A stretch of DNA of 64,000 nt from Octopus sinensis (taxonomy: Eukaryota). Shown here one piece after another: positions 1 to 14,211 of this stretch. Each line of letters begins with the position of its first letter. Position 1 is the first letter of the stretch. The DNA is taken from the NCBI RefSeq assembly GCF_006345805.1, contig NC_043003.1, positions 84,258,001 to 84,322,000 on the forward strand, in the 5' to 3' direction. Below the pieces are notes generated by a model. That model did no database searches. It was given only the letters and a program-made list of their open reading frames with translations, and had not been told where the DNA came from. Both the position numbers and the translations under genes were made by a program.

Positions 1-34
1 ATATTCATTTTTCGTGTTTTTTTCTTTTTTTTTC

Positions 35-312
35 TTCTTAAAGTCTGGTATTCATTCTGTTGGTCCCCCCCCCCCGAAGTATTACATTACGGGGACGTAA
101 ACAAACCAACAACGGTTGTCAAGCAGTGGAAGGGGGACAAACACACATATACACATACGCACACACATATATTGCACAAGCTTTCACAGTTTCCGCCAAC
201 AAAATTCACAAACAAGGATTTGATCAGCTCGCGGCGATAGTAGTGCCACGCAGTGGGACAGAACCCAGAACTATGTGGCTGTAAAGCGAGCTTCTTAACC
301 ACACAACCATCA
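35..312 (-). mobile_element. SINE family A, diverged copy
   Basis: Reverse complement matches the family A head and body seen at 358-734 and 21124-21527 (GCCACGCAGTGGGACAGAACCC, GGGGACGTAAACA). Confidence 0.75.
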
Positions 313-357
313 AAGTAACTGACGACGTCGCTTCGATCCTCTTTAGAATAACTTAAC

Positions 358-734
358 GTGGCTGTGTGGTAAGAAGCTTGCTCCCCAACCGTATGGTTCC
401 GGATTCAGTCCTACTGTGTGACACCTGGGGCAAGTATCTTCTACTATAGCCTCAAGCCGACCAAAGCCTTGTAAGTGGATTCGGTTGACGGAAACTGAAA
501 GCAGCCTGTCATGTGTGTGTGCTTGTCCCCTCCCACCGCTTGACAACAGGTGCTGGTGTGTTTAAATCCCGGTAACTTAGCCCTTCAGCAAAAGACCCAT
601 AGAATAAGTACCAGGCTTTAAAAAAAAATAAGTACTGGCGTAGATACATTCGACTGAAAATTCTTCAAGGAGGTGCCCCAGCATGGCCGCAGTCAAATGA
701 CTGAAACAGGTAAAAGATAAAAGATAAAAAAGAG
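358..734 (+). mobile_element. SINE family A, full length (tRNA-derived head, CORE-like segment, internal microsatellite)
   Basis: A-box-like TGGCTGTGTGG, B-box-like GGATTCAGTCC, then CCTGGGCAAGT resembling the start of the CORE domain; 3' tail CCAGCATGGCCGCAGTCAAATGACTGAAAC plus (AAGATA)n. Confidence 0.9.
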
Positions 735-1107
735 ATCGTGGTAGTTTTTTTAGGAAGAGAACTGGCTTCAATTTTTTGTAGTACTTGTCTCTAATAAGTC
801 AAATTACGGATTACTAGAACAGAATATCTGATTGTTTAGGAAGTGACCGGGGCACCACCAAATATTTTGTCTTCATGAGGCGTTTATCGCGCTATCTTAA
901 CCTGACGGTTCTCATACTATACGAATATTGCGTCTCCACAAGAGTATTTGAACTCAATTACGAAGTGAAACACTCTTGAATTACATGTTATTTCCTTTAT
1001 AGTTATTTATCCATGGTGCATATCAGGAGCTAGAAGCTAGATCGACGGAGACTACGAACTATTGATTGATTTATTGACTGACACCCGATCAAATCTATTA
1101 GTTTCAG

Positions 1108-1148
<41 letters not shown>

Positions 1149-1820
1149 AAGAAAAGGAAGTTACATAGCCAACAGCAATACACCTATCAGCACTGATATA
1201 AAAAAAAAAGCACTTCCATAAGCTAACTACAGAGTTAATAGTAATATAGTTAACGGTTACATAGCTAACAGAAACAAAGCTAAGTTATAAATCTATTAGT
1301 TATATGGTTAGTAACGAAGCTCACAATAATATTATGACTGAGGGGCGTACGTTGTTTATACAACTCATGTCCATACAGAAAGTACCTCTGCGAGATTTCT
1401 CCCAGTCAGTCTTTTAATATATCATAGCACTGAGTGTTTGTTTACTTAAACACTATCTATTTCTCAGTTATATAAAACCTATTAAGTAAAATAAGAGACT
1501 AATACTCGAAGAGGAGGTCTAACAAAGACAGAATTATCTAACGGTTTACTCCCAGACTTGCCAAAGATCGGACTCACTTCACATTAAATGTCTACATTTA
1601 ACTTCACTAGGGATGCAATTGTAATTAACATTTTTTAGCTCACATGTTAGTTTCGAATTAATTAACAGTAATATAACGAACAGTACCATAATTAAAAGTA
1701 ACAATACCATAGGTTAATTTTTTAATTGAAGTTATATATATCTATTGGGCCGCTAAAATTAGCAAGTGCACCAAGATTTAGCCAAGTCAACGAGGCGACG
1801 TTTAGTTAATTAGGAAGACT

Positions 1821-2000
1821 TTAAGTCGTTGCATGGACGGCTAGAAATGATAGCCATACCTCCTTTAAACCACATTTTGTCGCTTTAAAAAAGAACATAT
1901 TTAATAATGTGATTCTATGTATGAAACAGAAAAGTCGGGAAGGTCATGGATAGAATGTCTGACTAGATCTATTCGGTCAAAGCTGATTTGAGACTAACCA
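1821..2000 (+). mobile_element. Dispersed repeat family C, diverged copy
   Basis: GCTAGAAATGATAGCC...GGTCATGGATAGAATG...GCTGATTTGAGACTAA motifs shared with copies near 27380, 55125, 58100 and 59525. Confidence 0.55.
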
Positions 2001-2020
2001 TCATATTCATCAACAACAAC

Positions 2021-2404
2021 CAACCACATGGTTCCGGGTTCAGTCCCACTGCGTGGCATCTTGGGCAAGTGTCTTCTGCTATAGCACCGGGTCGACCAAT
2101 GCCTTGTGAGTGGATTTGGTAGACGGAAACTGAAAGAAGCCTGTCGTATATACGTATATATATATATATATATGTGTGTGTGGTGTGTGTGTGTGTGTTT
2201 GTGTGTCTGTGTTTGTCCCGCTAGCATTGCTTGACAACCGATGCTGGTGTGTTTACGTCCCCGTCACCTAGCGGTTCGGCAAAAGAGACCGATAGAATAA
2301 GTACTGGGCTTACAAAGAATAAGTCTCGGGGTCGATTTGCTCGACTAAAGGCGGTGCTCCAGCATGGCCGCAGTCAAATGACTGAAACAAGTAAAAAGAG
2401 TAAA
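2021..2404 (+). mobile_element. SINE family A, young subfamily, first ~25 nt missing
   Basis: Near-identical to the reverse complements of 21124-21527 and 40766-41172; internal (TA)n(TG)n. Confidence 0.93.
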
Positions 2405-3881
2405 AAAAAAAAGAGTAACAACAAACATAACAAAATCATAAGACAGCCAAACCTCATATGAAAAAAGTAGGTCATGGTTAGAGTGCTTTGGGGAGGAAAA
2501 GGGTTTCGCCTAAAACTAAATGAATGAGAAACCCGTAGCCACACATGAAAACAATCATATATAATATATGATGAATTTTAGAATTATTCCTTCTGTCCTA
2601 TCATTCTATATTTCTGAAACAATGCTGTGTTCTTAAATCTTTACGTAAGCAGTTTTAGTTCTTTCTCGTCGTCCTCTTTAATTCTGTGCAATTAATTATA
2701 CGTCTTAAATGTACAACAGTTCGTTTAGAGAATTAATCTGTCGCAGAGCAATTCTCTCTACCTAAGGTAGAAAGAATTATCAATAATCAGCTTAAGTGAG
2801 AAGATAGGTTTATCTCGCGTATCAAGTGCTGAACACATTGAATTTCAACTCTCTTTTACTGGAATTACGCAGGTGTTCACAGCTGTTATCTGTCATCCAT
2901 TAACCCCAAAGAACAGCAGATAAGTGTCGTCAACAACAAAAGGATTTTGAAAAGGATTATATCACATTTTCTTATCCCGTCCTACCGATTCTTTATGATT
3001 CATACTTCAACAGCTAAACAGCACAGCATATTCTCTGTCATATTTTAGTATTTCGTTTACTCAGCCATATTTTGTATTTCGTTTTCTTTGTCATATTTTT
3101 GTATTTCATTTTCAGTTTTAACACGTAATATCTCAACAAAATATATCACTTGTGATGCAACCTGTAATCTTGAAAATAAATATTTTATTGCAAGCGAATA
3201 CTGCGTGTCATCAAGAAGATATGTACTGCTAAACGGTTTACATTTTATTGTTTATGTGCAACTGCATTGAAACAGTAGTCAGTGACAAATTAAAAAGAAC
3301 TGGGTAACAGAACAGTAAATCGAATGAAGTTCTTGAAAGTAAGGAGATGGTAAAACAACTACACATGAATCTGTCTTCATACTATTAGAAGTGGATTATA
3401 ATGTTCTGTAATTTATGTTCGAATATGAATAGTCATCTGACAACTTATATCAACAAAGCAATACTTACATAATTACAAAAGGATATTGCTAATGCACCCA
3501 GGGATAAGATTATAGGATTTATATCGGCTCCCATTAAATATCATATACATGTGTGTGTACGCGCGTGAACCAGCGCTTGCGCATGTATATATCCAACTAC
3601 TCCAATCACACCAAATAACAGCTCATCTATCATCCATTCTCACTCACATGTATTGAACACTCTTCTAAACCAATGATGGAAGACCCTTAGCAGCGAATAA
3701 AATTTCCCAAGTGTTCAAATTTGAAATCTAGTTGAAGCAATTCGAAAGCCTTAAAACAAAAATAACTGTAATAAGTTGAATATTTACACATTTGCTAAAG
3801 TCAACAAAGATTTATGATTTTTCTTAAACTAAATAATTTAACTAGCATTCTGTGCATTTGACTTAACGTGGATACATTATA

Positions 3882-4102
3882 GAAAGCCACAAAACTGCAG
3901 TATTTGCTTTGAGAAAACTACTCGTATAGCCGTATAGTACTACAAAACACAAAAGTGCAAAGACAAAGAAATCATCATTTAGCAATTTCCTCACTGTTGC
4001 CGGACACTTTTCGTCTACTACCGATACATTACTGTGCTTTTTAGCACCATACGTCTATACGAGAAGCTTTCTCGAGAGGAGTACTGCAGTTTTGTGACTT
4101 TC
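3882..4102. mobile_element. MITE-like element with ~65-bp imperfect terminal inverted repeats
   Basis: GAAAGCCACAAAACTGCAGTA...CTCGTATAGCCGTAT versus ATACGTCTATACGAG...TACTGCAGTTTTGTGACTTTC; no clean TSD seen. Confidence 0.7.
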
Positions 4103-4205
4103 CATTGTTATATTCATGTTAAGAAAGATCTATTGAATGCTATTATGAATCAATACTGCTTCACTCGCTAATAACGAAGATGTGTGTATGTGTGTGTGTG
4201 TGTGT

Positions 4206-4270
<65 letters not shown>

Positions 4271-4649
4271 GTGTGTATGCATGCATATAATGGCAGCATG
4301 TTGATTCAGAAGAATGCTTGATTTCCTGAGATTATTTCCCTTTCTTATTCGGAATCGGAAGCAATTATTGAAATTGTCTGGAGGCGAAGATAATTACAAT
4401 TAATCAAAAATGTATCTTGTGCGGTATTTAGAAATATATTTTTTGTCTTTCCTATCCAAATCGTGTAGATTATGTACATCTCGAAGAATAAAGCAAAATT
4501 CAGAATCCAAGCAACTAATGAAGTTTTGTGACAGCAAAATCTAATCCTTAAAAAATCATAGAAGTAAAAACAAATTACATTGAGTTGATTCGTGGTTAGG
4601 AAGTGCAATCGCTTCGGGCATATATCTTTCTTCCGATTGATTTTCGTAC

Positions 4650-4830
4650 CTTTTATTTGTCTTAGTCATTAGACTGCGGCCATGCAGGGCACCATCTTGA
4701 AGAGTTTTAGTCGAATAAATTGATCCCAAGACTTATATTTTAAAGTTTGGTACTTATTCTATCATTTTATTTGCTGAAGCGCTATGTTAGGGTGGTTGTC
4801 AAGTAGTGGGAGTTGAGGGCAGACACAAAC
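4650..4830 (-). mobile_element. SINE family A, 3' half, diverged
   Basis: AGTCATTAGACTGCGGCCATGCAGGGCACC is the reverse complement of the family A tail. Confidence 0.75.
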
Positions 4831-4940
4831 AAAAAAACACATACACACACATATCATCTATCTATCATCTATCTATCTATCTATCTATCTATCTCTATAA
4901 TCTATCTATCTATATATATATCTATATATATATATATATA

Positions 4941-5040
4941 NNNNNNNNNNNNNNNNNNNNNNNNNNNNNNNNNNNNNNNNNNNNNNNNNNNNNNNNNNNN
5001 NNNNNNNNNNNNNNNNNNNNNNNNNNNNNNNNNNNNNNNN
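4941..5040. other. Assembly gap (100 N)
   Basis: Exactly 100 consecutive N between microsatellite tracts; true size unknown. Confidence 0.99.
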
Positions 5041-5115
5041 CACCACACATATATATATATACACACCCACACACACGGAGGAGGGAGCAGAAGGGGAAAT
5101 CAGTACTCATATAAT

Positions 5116-5153
5116 CAGATAGATAGATATATAGATAGATAGAAAATAGATAG

Positions 5154-5222
<69 letters not shown>

Positions 5223-5490
5223 GGAAAGACAGATAAATGGATAGATAGATGGAAAGACAGATAAATGGATAGATAGATAGATAGATAGATACATAGATAG
5301 ATAGATAGATAGATGGATAGATAGATAGATAGACTGACAGACAGGCATACAGATAGGAAGGTACATAACTAAATACCTAACTAAATACATACACACACAC
5401 AGACAGACAGACAGACAGACAAACAGATAGACGGAAAGTAAGAAAGACTGATAGATTGATAGCGAGAGAGAGAGAGAACGAGAGAGAGAG
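5116..5490. repeat. Compound (AGAT)n/(AGAC)n/(AG)n microsatellite
   Basis: Direct reading. Confidence 0.95.
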
Positions 5491-5946
5491 AGAGAGAGAA
5501 ACAAAGAATTAAGAAAAGAATGAAAATGATCGAAACTAAAGAATGCACATCAAATACATGGTAGAGAAACTGGAGCTGGAGTATCAATATGGTGACAGTG
5601 ACGTCATGTCAACTAGAATACTCACAGACACTAGAACACAACAACAACAACAACAACAACAACAGCAGCAGCACCAGCAGCAACAGCGGCAATAGTAGCA
5701 GCAGAGTCGATCACATTTTTCATACAGAAGAGTAAAATTGATAACATAAAATAAATACCATCAAAATCAATAATTAGTAGATCAATAAATTACATATTTT
5801 TACAAACTCTCACCTCCCCAATTACTTTCTTATTCATTCACACATAGAAATACCAATATATACATTCCTATATATATAGGTATGTATATATATGTGTGTG
5901 TATATGTATGATTATCTATCTATCTATATATATATATATGTGTGTA

Positions 5947-5980
<34 letters not shown>

Positions 5981-6175
5981 CATGTAATGTATATGTTCAT
6001 GCATACATGTATATACATACAAAATACACACGCACATACATATGCATATATACATATACGTATGCATATATATTAACTCCAACATGGCCACAAACTCTGG
6101 CGGAATACGAGAATATAATAGTATAACACATACATACATGCATACATACATACATACATATTATACATACATACA

Positions 6176-6211
<36 letters not shown>

Positions 6212-7124
6212 CATATATACATACATACATGCATGCATGCACATATATATTGCACACACATATACTTATGCATATTATATATTACACATGTGTGTGTGTA
6301 TGTATGTGTATATATATACATATATTGCACTCACATATGTGGAGGTAGATATTTAAATATGGTTGCTGGATGTTAATATATTTATTAATTTGCAAATGCA
6401 CTTTTACATGCATACCTGTTTATACATTAAGCATGTATAAACATCCAGATTTATGAGATCCAACAAAAAAGCTCCTAGTTAAGCCCTCAATCTGCTAGAA
6501 GGGACAGTAAATCTCATCAAATCACGTACTACATTCTAAAAGTAAGGAAGGACACATTGGTTAGATTCATTATATGCGAATTAAATAAGGCAGAATTGTT
6601 ACGTCTAAGAAATTCTCTGATCACAGGTTTTTGGTGACCTGGAATTAACCAGCTACTTGTATATAATTGACTCAGTGTTCCATGTGAGTATGTACGTATG
6701 TTTGTGTATGTATATGTATGTATATGTGTGATTGTGCATATGTGTGTATAAGAGTATGTATGCATGTATGTGTATATATCTGCAAGAACGTACATGTATA
6801 TGTTCGCATCTGTATATATGTGCGTATGCATATACACCTACAGTCATTTATACATACACATGCACGTGTATCACATTCATACATACTTGCATACACACTC
6901 TTGTACAAACATACATACATACATGCATGCATACTCAGATACATGAGTACGTACACTGTATGTTTAGCAGTATATGTATGCACAGTGAGAATTTTTGAGC
7001 AATGTATGTTATCTACATAAATATTTAATGCTACAGAATAATATCACAGAAAGAGTGAGTATAAGGCGGCGATAACGGTGGAGGTGGGTTAGGTTAAAAG
7101 CCGCTTAGTGATATCTGTAGCTGT

Positions 7125-7300
7125 AGTTTAACCACGGGTCAGTCTTGATCCAGAAGACCCGTGATAAAGAAATGCTACAAACGTGATCATCGTTGCATAG
7201 CAAAGACTACACTAGCCAATATGTTACTTCCTTTAAAAAGAAGATATAATTTAAAGGGGATTTTGCAGCAACTTCTAGCGGGTCGAGCAATCGCATAGTG
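7125..7300 (-). mobile_element. Family C repeat, diverged
   Basis: CTTCTAGCGGGTCGAGC and GGGTCAGTCTTGATC are reverse complements of family C motifs. Confidence 0.55.
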
Positions 7301-8307
7301 GCTCTTCCGTTGACTGGCTACTGTTGCTATTGTTTGTTCTTGTTCTTTTACGCTTAACTACAATAAATAAGCGCTCCAACCATGCCTATCGTATCGTTTT
7401 GTATCTCAGGGGTTATAATGAAAACGACAGCAGAATTTTATTTTAGGGATAGTTGACTTTTATTTCTAGTAAGTTAATCCACCACTTAAGGGCTAGCAGG
7501 CTGGTTTGTTCTACATAAAGGGACTTGATTTGGAGCTAAAATTTAAACCCTAAATCTTTACAAAGATGAAGACAAATTAATAAATAATGTAACAAAACGA
7601 CAAAAATCATAATAATAACCCAGATATAATCATCATAACTATTATAATTTGAGAATTTGTAATTCCTAGTTACTAATGATTTTAAAATAATAAAATAGAA
7701 TTTTTTCAATTTCATAAATTGGCCTAGTTAATCTGTAACTCTCGCTCACACAGACACACACATATACATTGACGTGTGTGTGTGCTTGCGTGCGTGAATA
7801 TGTATGTATATATAGATACATACAGATATATGCATATACGCGTATGTGCATGTATGTGAGAGAAATACAGTTATACTTATAGTATGTATGCTTGAATGCA
7901 TAAATTATGTATGTTTGCTCCCACACATACAAATTGCCACTGAGGTAATACTGAAGATATGTGTGTGTGTGTGTGTGCATATGTGTGTGTGTGTGTTTGT
8001 ATGAAAGTGTTACTTCATGTGTGAATACACTACCATATTCTAATATATGCACTATATATGAATAAGTACACACATATACATGTCTAGATATGTAGTTGTA
8101 TCTATATGTTTATCTATGTGTGTGTGTGTGGAAATATACATCCATGGATGTATATTTTATCTTCCATCCAGATATGAAAGTATCTACACTTAATTTTACT
8201 TGCATGTATGCACACATATTTAAGTGCGTGCACCTACGCGTGCAAATGTATATGTGGGTTTACCTGAATGCATTACGTGCCTACACACATTATGCACACA
8301 CACAGAC

Positions 8308-8347
<40 letters not shown>

Positions 8348-9067
8348 GAATGTATGTATATATATTTTTTTCAGCATGACAGTGTTATATATGTTGTATG
8401 AGAGAGCATTTTTGGAAATGTCTTTTTCTACCTTACTTAAACACACTCACATAAGTCGCGCACGCGCGAATACAGATAGCTAATTAAATGTACTATTGAA
8501 TTAATTTCAATACATTTTACACTTCATACATTACAACCATAAACTTACAACTGGGTATTGAAAAGAGCAACAGAACCTATATAGCCAAATGGTTAATGTA
8601 TGCAAGGAGCGTGTTCGGAAATGGAATTATAACCAATGTGTTCGCACACAGACACACACATATACATATGTGTACATATACAGAATGATACATTCACGCA
8701 TACTAACACACATACACACACATATACACACACACGCACATCGACTATGCATAAAGAATCGTGCTATTCTTGAAATCACGAGATTCATATTGAACATTTA
8801 CGTTAAGTAAATCAGTCTTTTAGTTTTTGGCTTTCACTGTCTTCTTTTTAAGCCGACTTTATCACCGTTACCAGTGTTGTTGCATCTGTTGTTGTTGTCC
8901 TGCTTTTGGTTATTTTCTTTACTTTTAGATTTTAATTAATGATTTGTAAATCACTCCGTTTCTCTCGCCATCCCTCCCTCTTTTTGTCACACCTTTCACG
9001 CGCGCAAATAATTAGATAGTTAGATACATATATATATATATATACATAATTATATATATATATATAC

Positions 9068-9098
<31 letters not shown>

Positions 9099-9119
9099 TA
9101 TATATCTATATATATATAA

Positions 9120-9122
9120 TAT

Positions 9123-9154
<32 letters not shown>

Positions 9155-9167
9155 GAGATAGATGGAG

Positions 9168-9209
<42 letters not shown>

Positions 9210-9719
9210 GCAGATAGATAGAAAAATGGATAGGTCTATAATAAAGAGACAGATAGATATATAGATAAATAGAAAGATAGATAACTAAATGGATATCTAG
9301 ATAGATACATATAAAGATAGATAAATGCATGGATGGATAGACAGACAGACAGACAGACCGGTAGATAGATAGACAGACAGATAGATAATGTAAAATTTCT
9401 AGCCACATCTCGTGTTCAAATTTTCCTCTTTTGTATTAACCATTATACGGTGATGTAATAATTATAATAGATTTGAGGCAAATACAGAAATTATTCATTC
9501 AAGCATATATTTTATAACTACATAGACATATAATACACACAACTGTTTGTCAGTAGTAGATTCACAGTGTTCTTACATTACTTTTGTCATATAACAATAT
9601 CTTCCAGACAAGCAGCAAGATGAATTATTAATAAAATTCGCTGCTTGTCACCATTATATCTCTCAATTTATATATAATGTATGTATGTAGGTATGTATGT
9701 ATGTATTTATTCACTTACC

Positions 9720-9781
<62 letters not shown>

Positions 9782-9849
9782 ATCTATCTATCTATCTACT
9801 ATCTATCTATCTAATCTATCTATCTATATATCTATCGATCTATCCATCC

Positions 9850-9887
<38 letters not shown>

Positions 9888-9939
9888 GAATATCTGTCTC
9901 TGTGTGTACCTCTCTCTCTCTCTTACACTTTCCTCTTCA

Positions 9940-9972
<33 letters not shown>

Positions 9973-10142
9973 CCTATCTATCTATCCCTCAATCGATATA
10001 TCCAGAACTACATATATACAAATATATATCTATATATAGACCCACCTACCTACCTACCTACCTACCAACCTACCTAACTACCTACCTACCTACCTACCTA
10101 CCTACCTACCTACCTACCTACCTACCTACCTACCTACCTATT
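9120..10142. repeat. Tetranucleotide microsatellite field: (AGAT)n, (ATCT)n, (ACCT)n
   Basis: Direct reading, with a short unique interval at ~9400-9660. Confidence 0.9.
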
Positions 10143-10349
10143 TATCAGATACTTGCAATTCCATAGAAGCAAAATCACGCACAGAGACATATACACACAC
10201 TCCTTATAGATTAATATATGTAAATATTTTTTCTAGTCATCTATCTGTCCATCGTTATACAGTATCATCAAATTCTGGCATCTAGATAAAAGAAATCATC
10301 TCCTAGCAATTTTACCTTCCGTCTTCCCCCAGATATGTATGAGTGTGAA

Positions 10350-10404
<55 letters not shown>

Positions 10405-11280
10405 CATCTCCATTAAATCAATTTGTGGGTGCTTATATATATATATTTCTGTGTTTGTAAAATCTGTCTCCATAACTCAACCAACGGAAATATTGAGATA
10501 GATAAGGAAAGATTCAAGTCTTGAGTTGAGATAGCTGATTAGGACGTCGATGGAGCCAGATGGAAATGACGGGGATGATGATGAAGAAGATGATGACGAC
10601 GACGTCGAAGACGATGATGATGTCGACAGTCAAAATGATGACAACGATGACGACGGTGATGATGATGATGATGATGATGATAATGATGATGATGATGGTT
10701 TATAATGATCGGTGATGAAAAATACGAGGCGATCTTTAGTATTAGCGCCGTTCATCAAACTATGCTATCACATCGTCATTGAAACAATAAACCACAGAAA
10801 AACAACAGAGCTACACTACTAATAATAACAAGAGGAAGAACAAGCACGATAACAAAAACAACACCAATAATAATAACAATAATGGTTGTACTGATAACAG
10901 TAATAAAATTAGCAAGTGTTTAGCGAGAAAATTAGTCAGAAAATTCAACGATAATGAAATTCTTCAATACTAAGTATTTCCACCAATTTTTTTTATTTCA
11001 AGTGTTGCAGACATCGGTCGTAAATGTTTTCTGATACCTTTTGGTAGGAATTACATATTCCCCCATCAGCAACTGGTTAGCAATTACATCGTCAGTGTGC
11101 ATGTGTGCGTGCGTTTGGTGTGTGTGTGTGTGTGTGTGTGTGTGCATGCACATATAACAGGCCGAAACTGTAATGAAAATTAGGAACTTGACTGATGAAT
11201 AGAAGGCCACGAATGATCCGTCCTGGTTTTTCCTGTCCGTATGTTTTTATTGCCGTCCGCTATGTTCTCATTCCATTTTT

Positions 11281-11331
<51 letters not shown>

Positions 11332-11360
11332 TATATGCTTAGATATATGAATGTTACATC

Positions 11361-11408
<48 letters not shown>

Positions 11409-11591
11409 GTATGTAACATTCATATTATAGAAGCACATCCATATACGTACAAATATAATTTATATGAATATATACATACATATATACACATATCATCATT
11501 ATATATATGTACATTTAGTACATTTAGAAATATGTGTGCATGAGAGTTTATTATATATACATGCATATACATATATGAATGTATATTAATG

Positions 11592-11643
<52 letters not shown>

Positions 11644-13009
11644 ATATATACAAGATAAGAAAATGGAGATCCCATGGAGGGTTGCATTTACAACCCCTAT
11701 CTCAATTTGTATATATATATGTATATATATATAGCTTTACATGCATGCATACATATATACATTCATATGCATATACATACATACACAGACACACTGTGGT
11801 GTGTGTGTGTGTATTTACTGCACGAAACTGTAATGTTTGTGACTGCTTCCCCTATGGCAAATAAGACTGTAGTGACAACAACAACAACTACATCAACAGC
11901 AGCAGCAGCAGCAGCAGCAGCAGTAGCAGCAACATCAACAAGCATCACTATTACTAGCATCGCCGTCAATACCTGACCTCTTTATTTATTAATTTTATCT
12001 AATTATTCAACTATTTATTTATTTAAATTGCTTTTTTTTAAAAGAGACTTTCAAGCTGTGAGTGTTGAAAGTGCAGCCACAATTAAGATCGGGCAAAATT
12101 GTTTAAATATTTATGATTGAAAAATGTTGCCGCTGCTACCGCTGTTTGTCTGGTTGTTGTTGTTGTTGTTGTTGTTGTAGTTGCTACATTGTTATTGTCA
12201 TTCATCATGATCATCATCATCATCATCATCGTCGTCGTCGTCGTCGTCATCATCTCCATTATCATCATCGTCACCAGGGTTATTTCGTGTTTCTTTCATT
12301 GATTTAAGGTTTTATGTGCGACTATGTATAAGATGAGGAGCGGAAAAGTGAATGAAAGACCAAATGTTTGCATACATATATACATATATGCATACATACA
12401 TACATGCATACATATATATACATACATGCATATATGCATACATACGCACACAGACACACATACATACAGGACAAGGCATAAATAATGGTCATTACATATT
12501 ACTTTATGTACCTACATACACATACATATATATATACATATACAGACACACACATATGTGTGCATATGTGCGTTTGCATGTATATGAATGTGAGACAGAC
12601 TGATATAAAATATGTGTCACTGTGTACTTATACATACATATTGAATATATGTGTGTGTGTGTATGTGTAAGGCGTGTGTCGTCTAAGAGACCATAAGTAC
12701 ATTTCGGATAATATATGTGTGTATGTATGTATGGATGGATCTGGGACAAGGAAAATGAGCGAGTGTGTGTATGCTTCTGTGTGTTTATATATGCGTGTGT
12801 GTGTGTGTGTGTGTGTGTGCGTGTGAATATGTGTATGCACGAGATGGCTTCCAGAATATCAGTCTGTTAAATTTGTTCCGGTGATGTGCCACTATAGAAT
12901 ACGTCTTTGCTACCGAAGTGCACGAACGACATCAAACTAGCTGCAACAACTAGTAGGTGAAGAACTATATCACAAGACTTAGGTGTATGAATTAGCACCG
13001 ACACACACG

Positions 13010-13040
<31 letters not shown>

Positions 13041-13239
13041 ACACACACATACATGTACACATGTATAATTCTTGTAGTTTTTTTTTCTGTTTAAAAATGT
13101 AGGGGAAAAAATCGAAAAATCTCGGGTAAAATCCTCGATTTCTAAACAAACAAATGGATATAATTCTATTTAAAAGGCATGAATAAATAAATAAATATGA
13201 CTCTTTCAAGACTGTACAGCCATATTTCCTTCTTTATAG

Positions 13240-13295
13240 AATTTGCCAAAGATGTGAATTGCAAACTGCATAGGAAAGGAAACCAGATTGGTCTT
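13240..13295 (+). CDS. Candidate 56-bp internal exon (EFAKDVNCKLHRKGNQIGL), unknown gene
   Basis: Acceptor TTCCTTCTTTATAG, donor GTAAGA, one open frame (phase 1 to 0). No homology recognised. Confidence 0.22.
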
Positions 13296-13319
13296 GTAAG
13301 AGTGTGTGCATGTATATAT

Positions 13320-13362
<43 letters not shown>

Positions 13363-13364
13363 AT

Positions 13365-13397
<33 letters not shown>

Positions 13398-13442
13398 ATA
13401 CACACACATATAAGCAATGTTTTACAACACCAACAACGGTTA

Positions 13443-13614
13443 GAAGAAGAAGAAGAAGAAGAAGAAGAAGAAGAAGAAGAAGAAGAAGAAAAAGAAGAAG
13501 AAGAAGAAGAAAAAGAAGAAGAAGAAGAAGAAGAAGAAGAAAGAAGAAGAAGAAAAAAAGAAGAAGAAGAAAGAAGAAGAAGAAGAAGAAGAAGAAGAAG
13601 AAGAAGAAGAAGAA
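13443..13614. repeat. (GAA)n trinucleotide tract
   Basis: Direct reading; explains the poly-E, poly-R and poly-S ORFs. Confidence 0.97.
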
Positions 13615-13621
13615 TGTTTTC

Positions 13622-13762
13622 TACTAAAGGCACACAAGGCCTGAAATTTGTGGGGAGGGGACTAGTCGATAACACTGGCCCCAGTACATAACTGGTACTT
13701 AATTTATCGCCCCCGAATGGATGTAAGGCAAGATCGACCTTGGTGGAATTTGAACTTAGAAT
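13622..13762 (-). mobile_element. SINE family B fragment
   Basis: GGCACAAGGCCTGAAATTT...CTGGTACTTAATTTATCG...GGAATTTGAACTTAG, as in other B copies. Confidence 0.75.
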
Positions 13763-14173
13763 TCACCGCCTACACATAATTATAATACTACTTTTGACCA
13801 TCCACTCGGAGTTTAACCATAACAACAACAACAAGAGCAGCAGCATCGGTAACAAAACAAAGAACAAACGACAGTAGCCACACCAATGATGATGATACTT
13901 TCGTGAAACTCCAAAGAGACAGTCTAGAGTATGACATGATTGCCGAAGCCCACTGTAGTCATAAAGGAGTTAGGAAAAAGTTAAACGATGTTTTGGTGTT
14001 CATGCATTTCCCTGAGGTCTTTGAGTTGAATCACTTTTTCAATGAGGTCTTTTTTTTTTTGTCCTGATGTGGCTGATAAATGAACGTTTTATTTGGCTTG
14101 TGAATGTGTATGTATGTTTGTGTGTGTGTCTATGCATGTGAGCATGTGCGTGTCAATGCATGAGTGCCAGAGA

Positions 14174-14211
<38 letters not shown>

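Noticed and set aside
358-430. tRNA-like sequences at SINE heads (also ~21460-21527, ~24760-24827, ~41110-41172)
   Set aside because: They have A/B boxes but no complete cloverleaf and run directly into SINE bodies; not tRNA genes.
4345-4608. 87-aa hydrophobic minus-strand ORF
   Set aside because: AT-rich codon bias gives the hydrophobic look; no credible donor site or homology.
7412-7470. Segment bounded by a good CAG acceptor and GTAAGT donor
   Set aside because: Stops in all three frames and no supporting neighbours.
5896-8810. H/T/Y/I and C/V/M/Y repeat ORFs
   Set aside because: Translations of (CA)n, (TA)n and (TACA)n microsatellites.
9607-9649. Small hairpin GACAAGCAGC...GCTGCTTGTC
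   Set aside because: Only ~15 paired bases; too short for a pre-miRNA and no family context.
11191-11225. CTGATGA...GAAT...GTC hammerhead-like string
   Set aside because: GAAT instead of GAAA and no stem II pairing.
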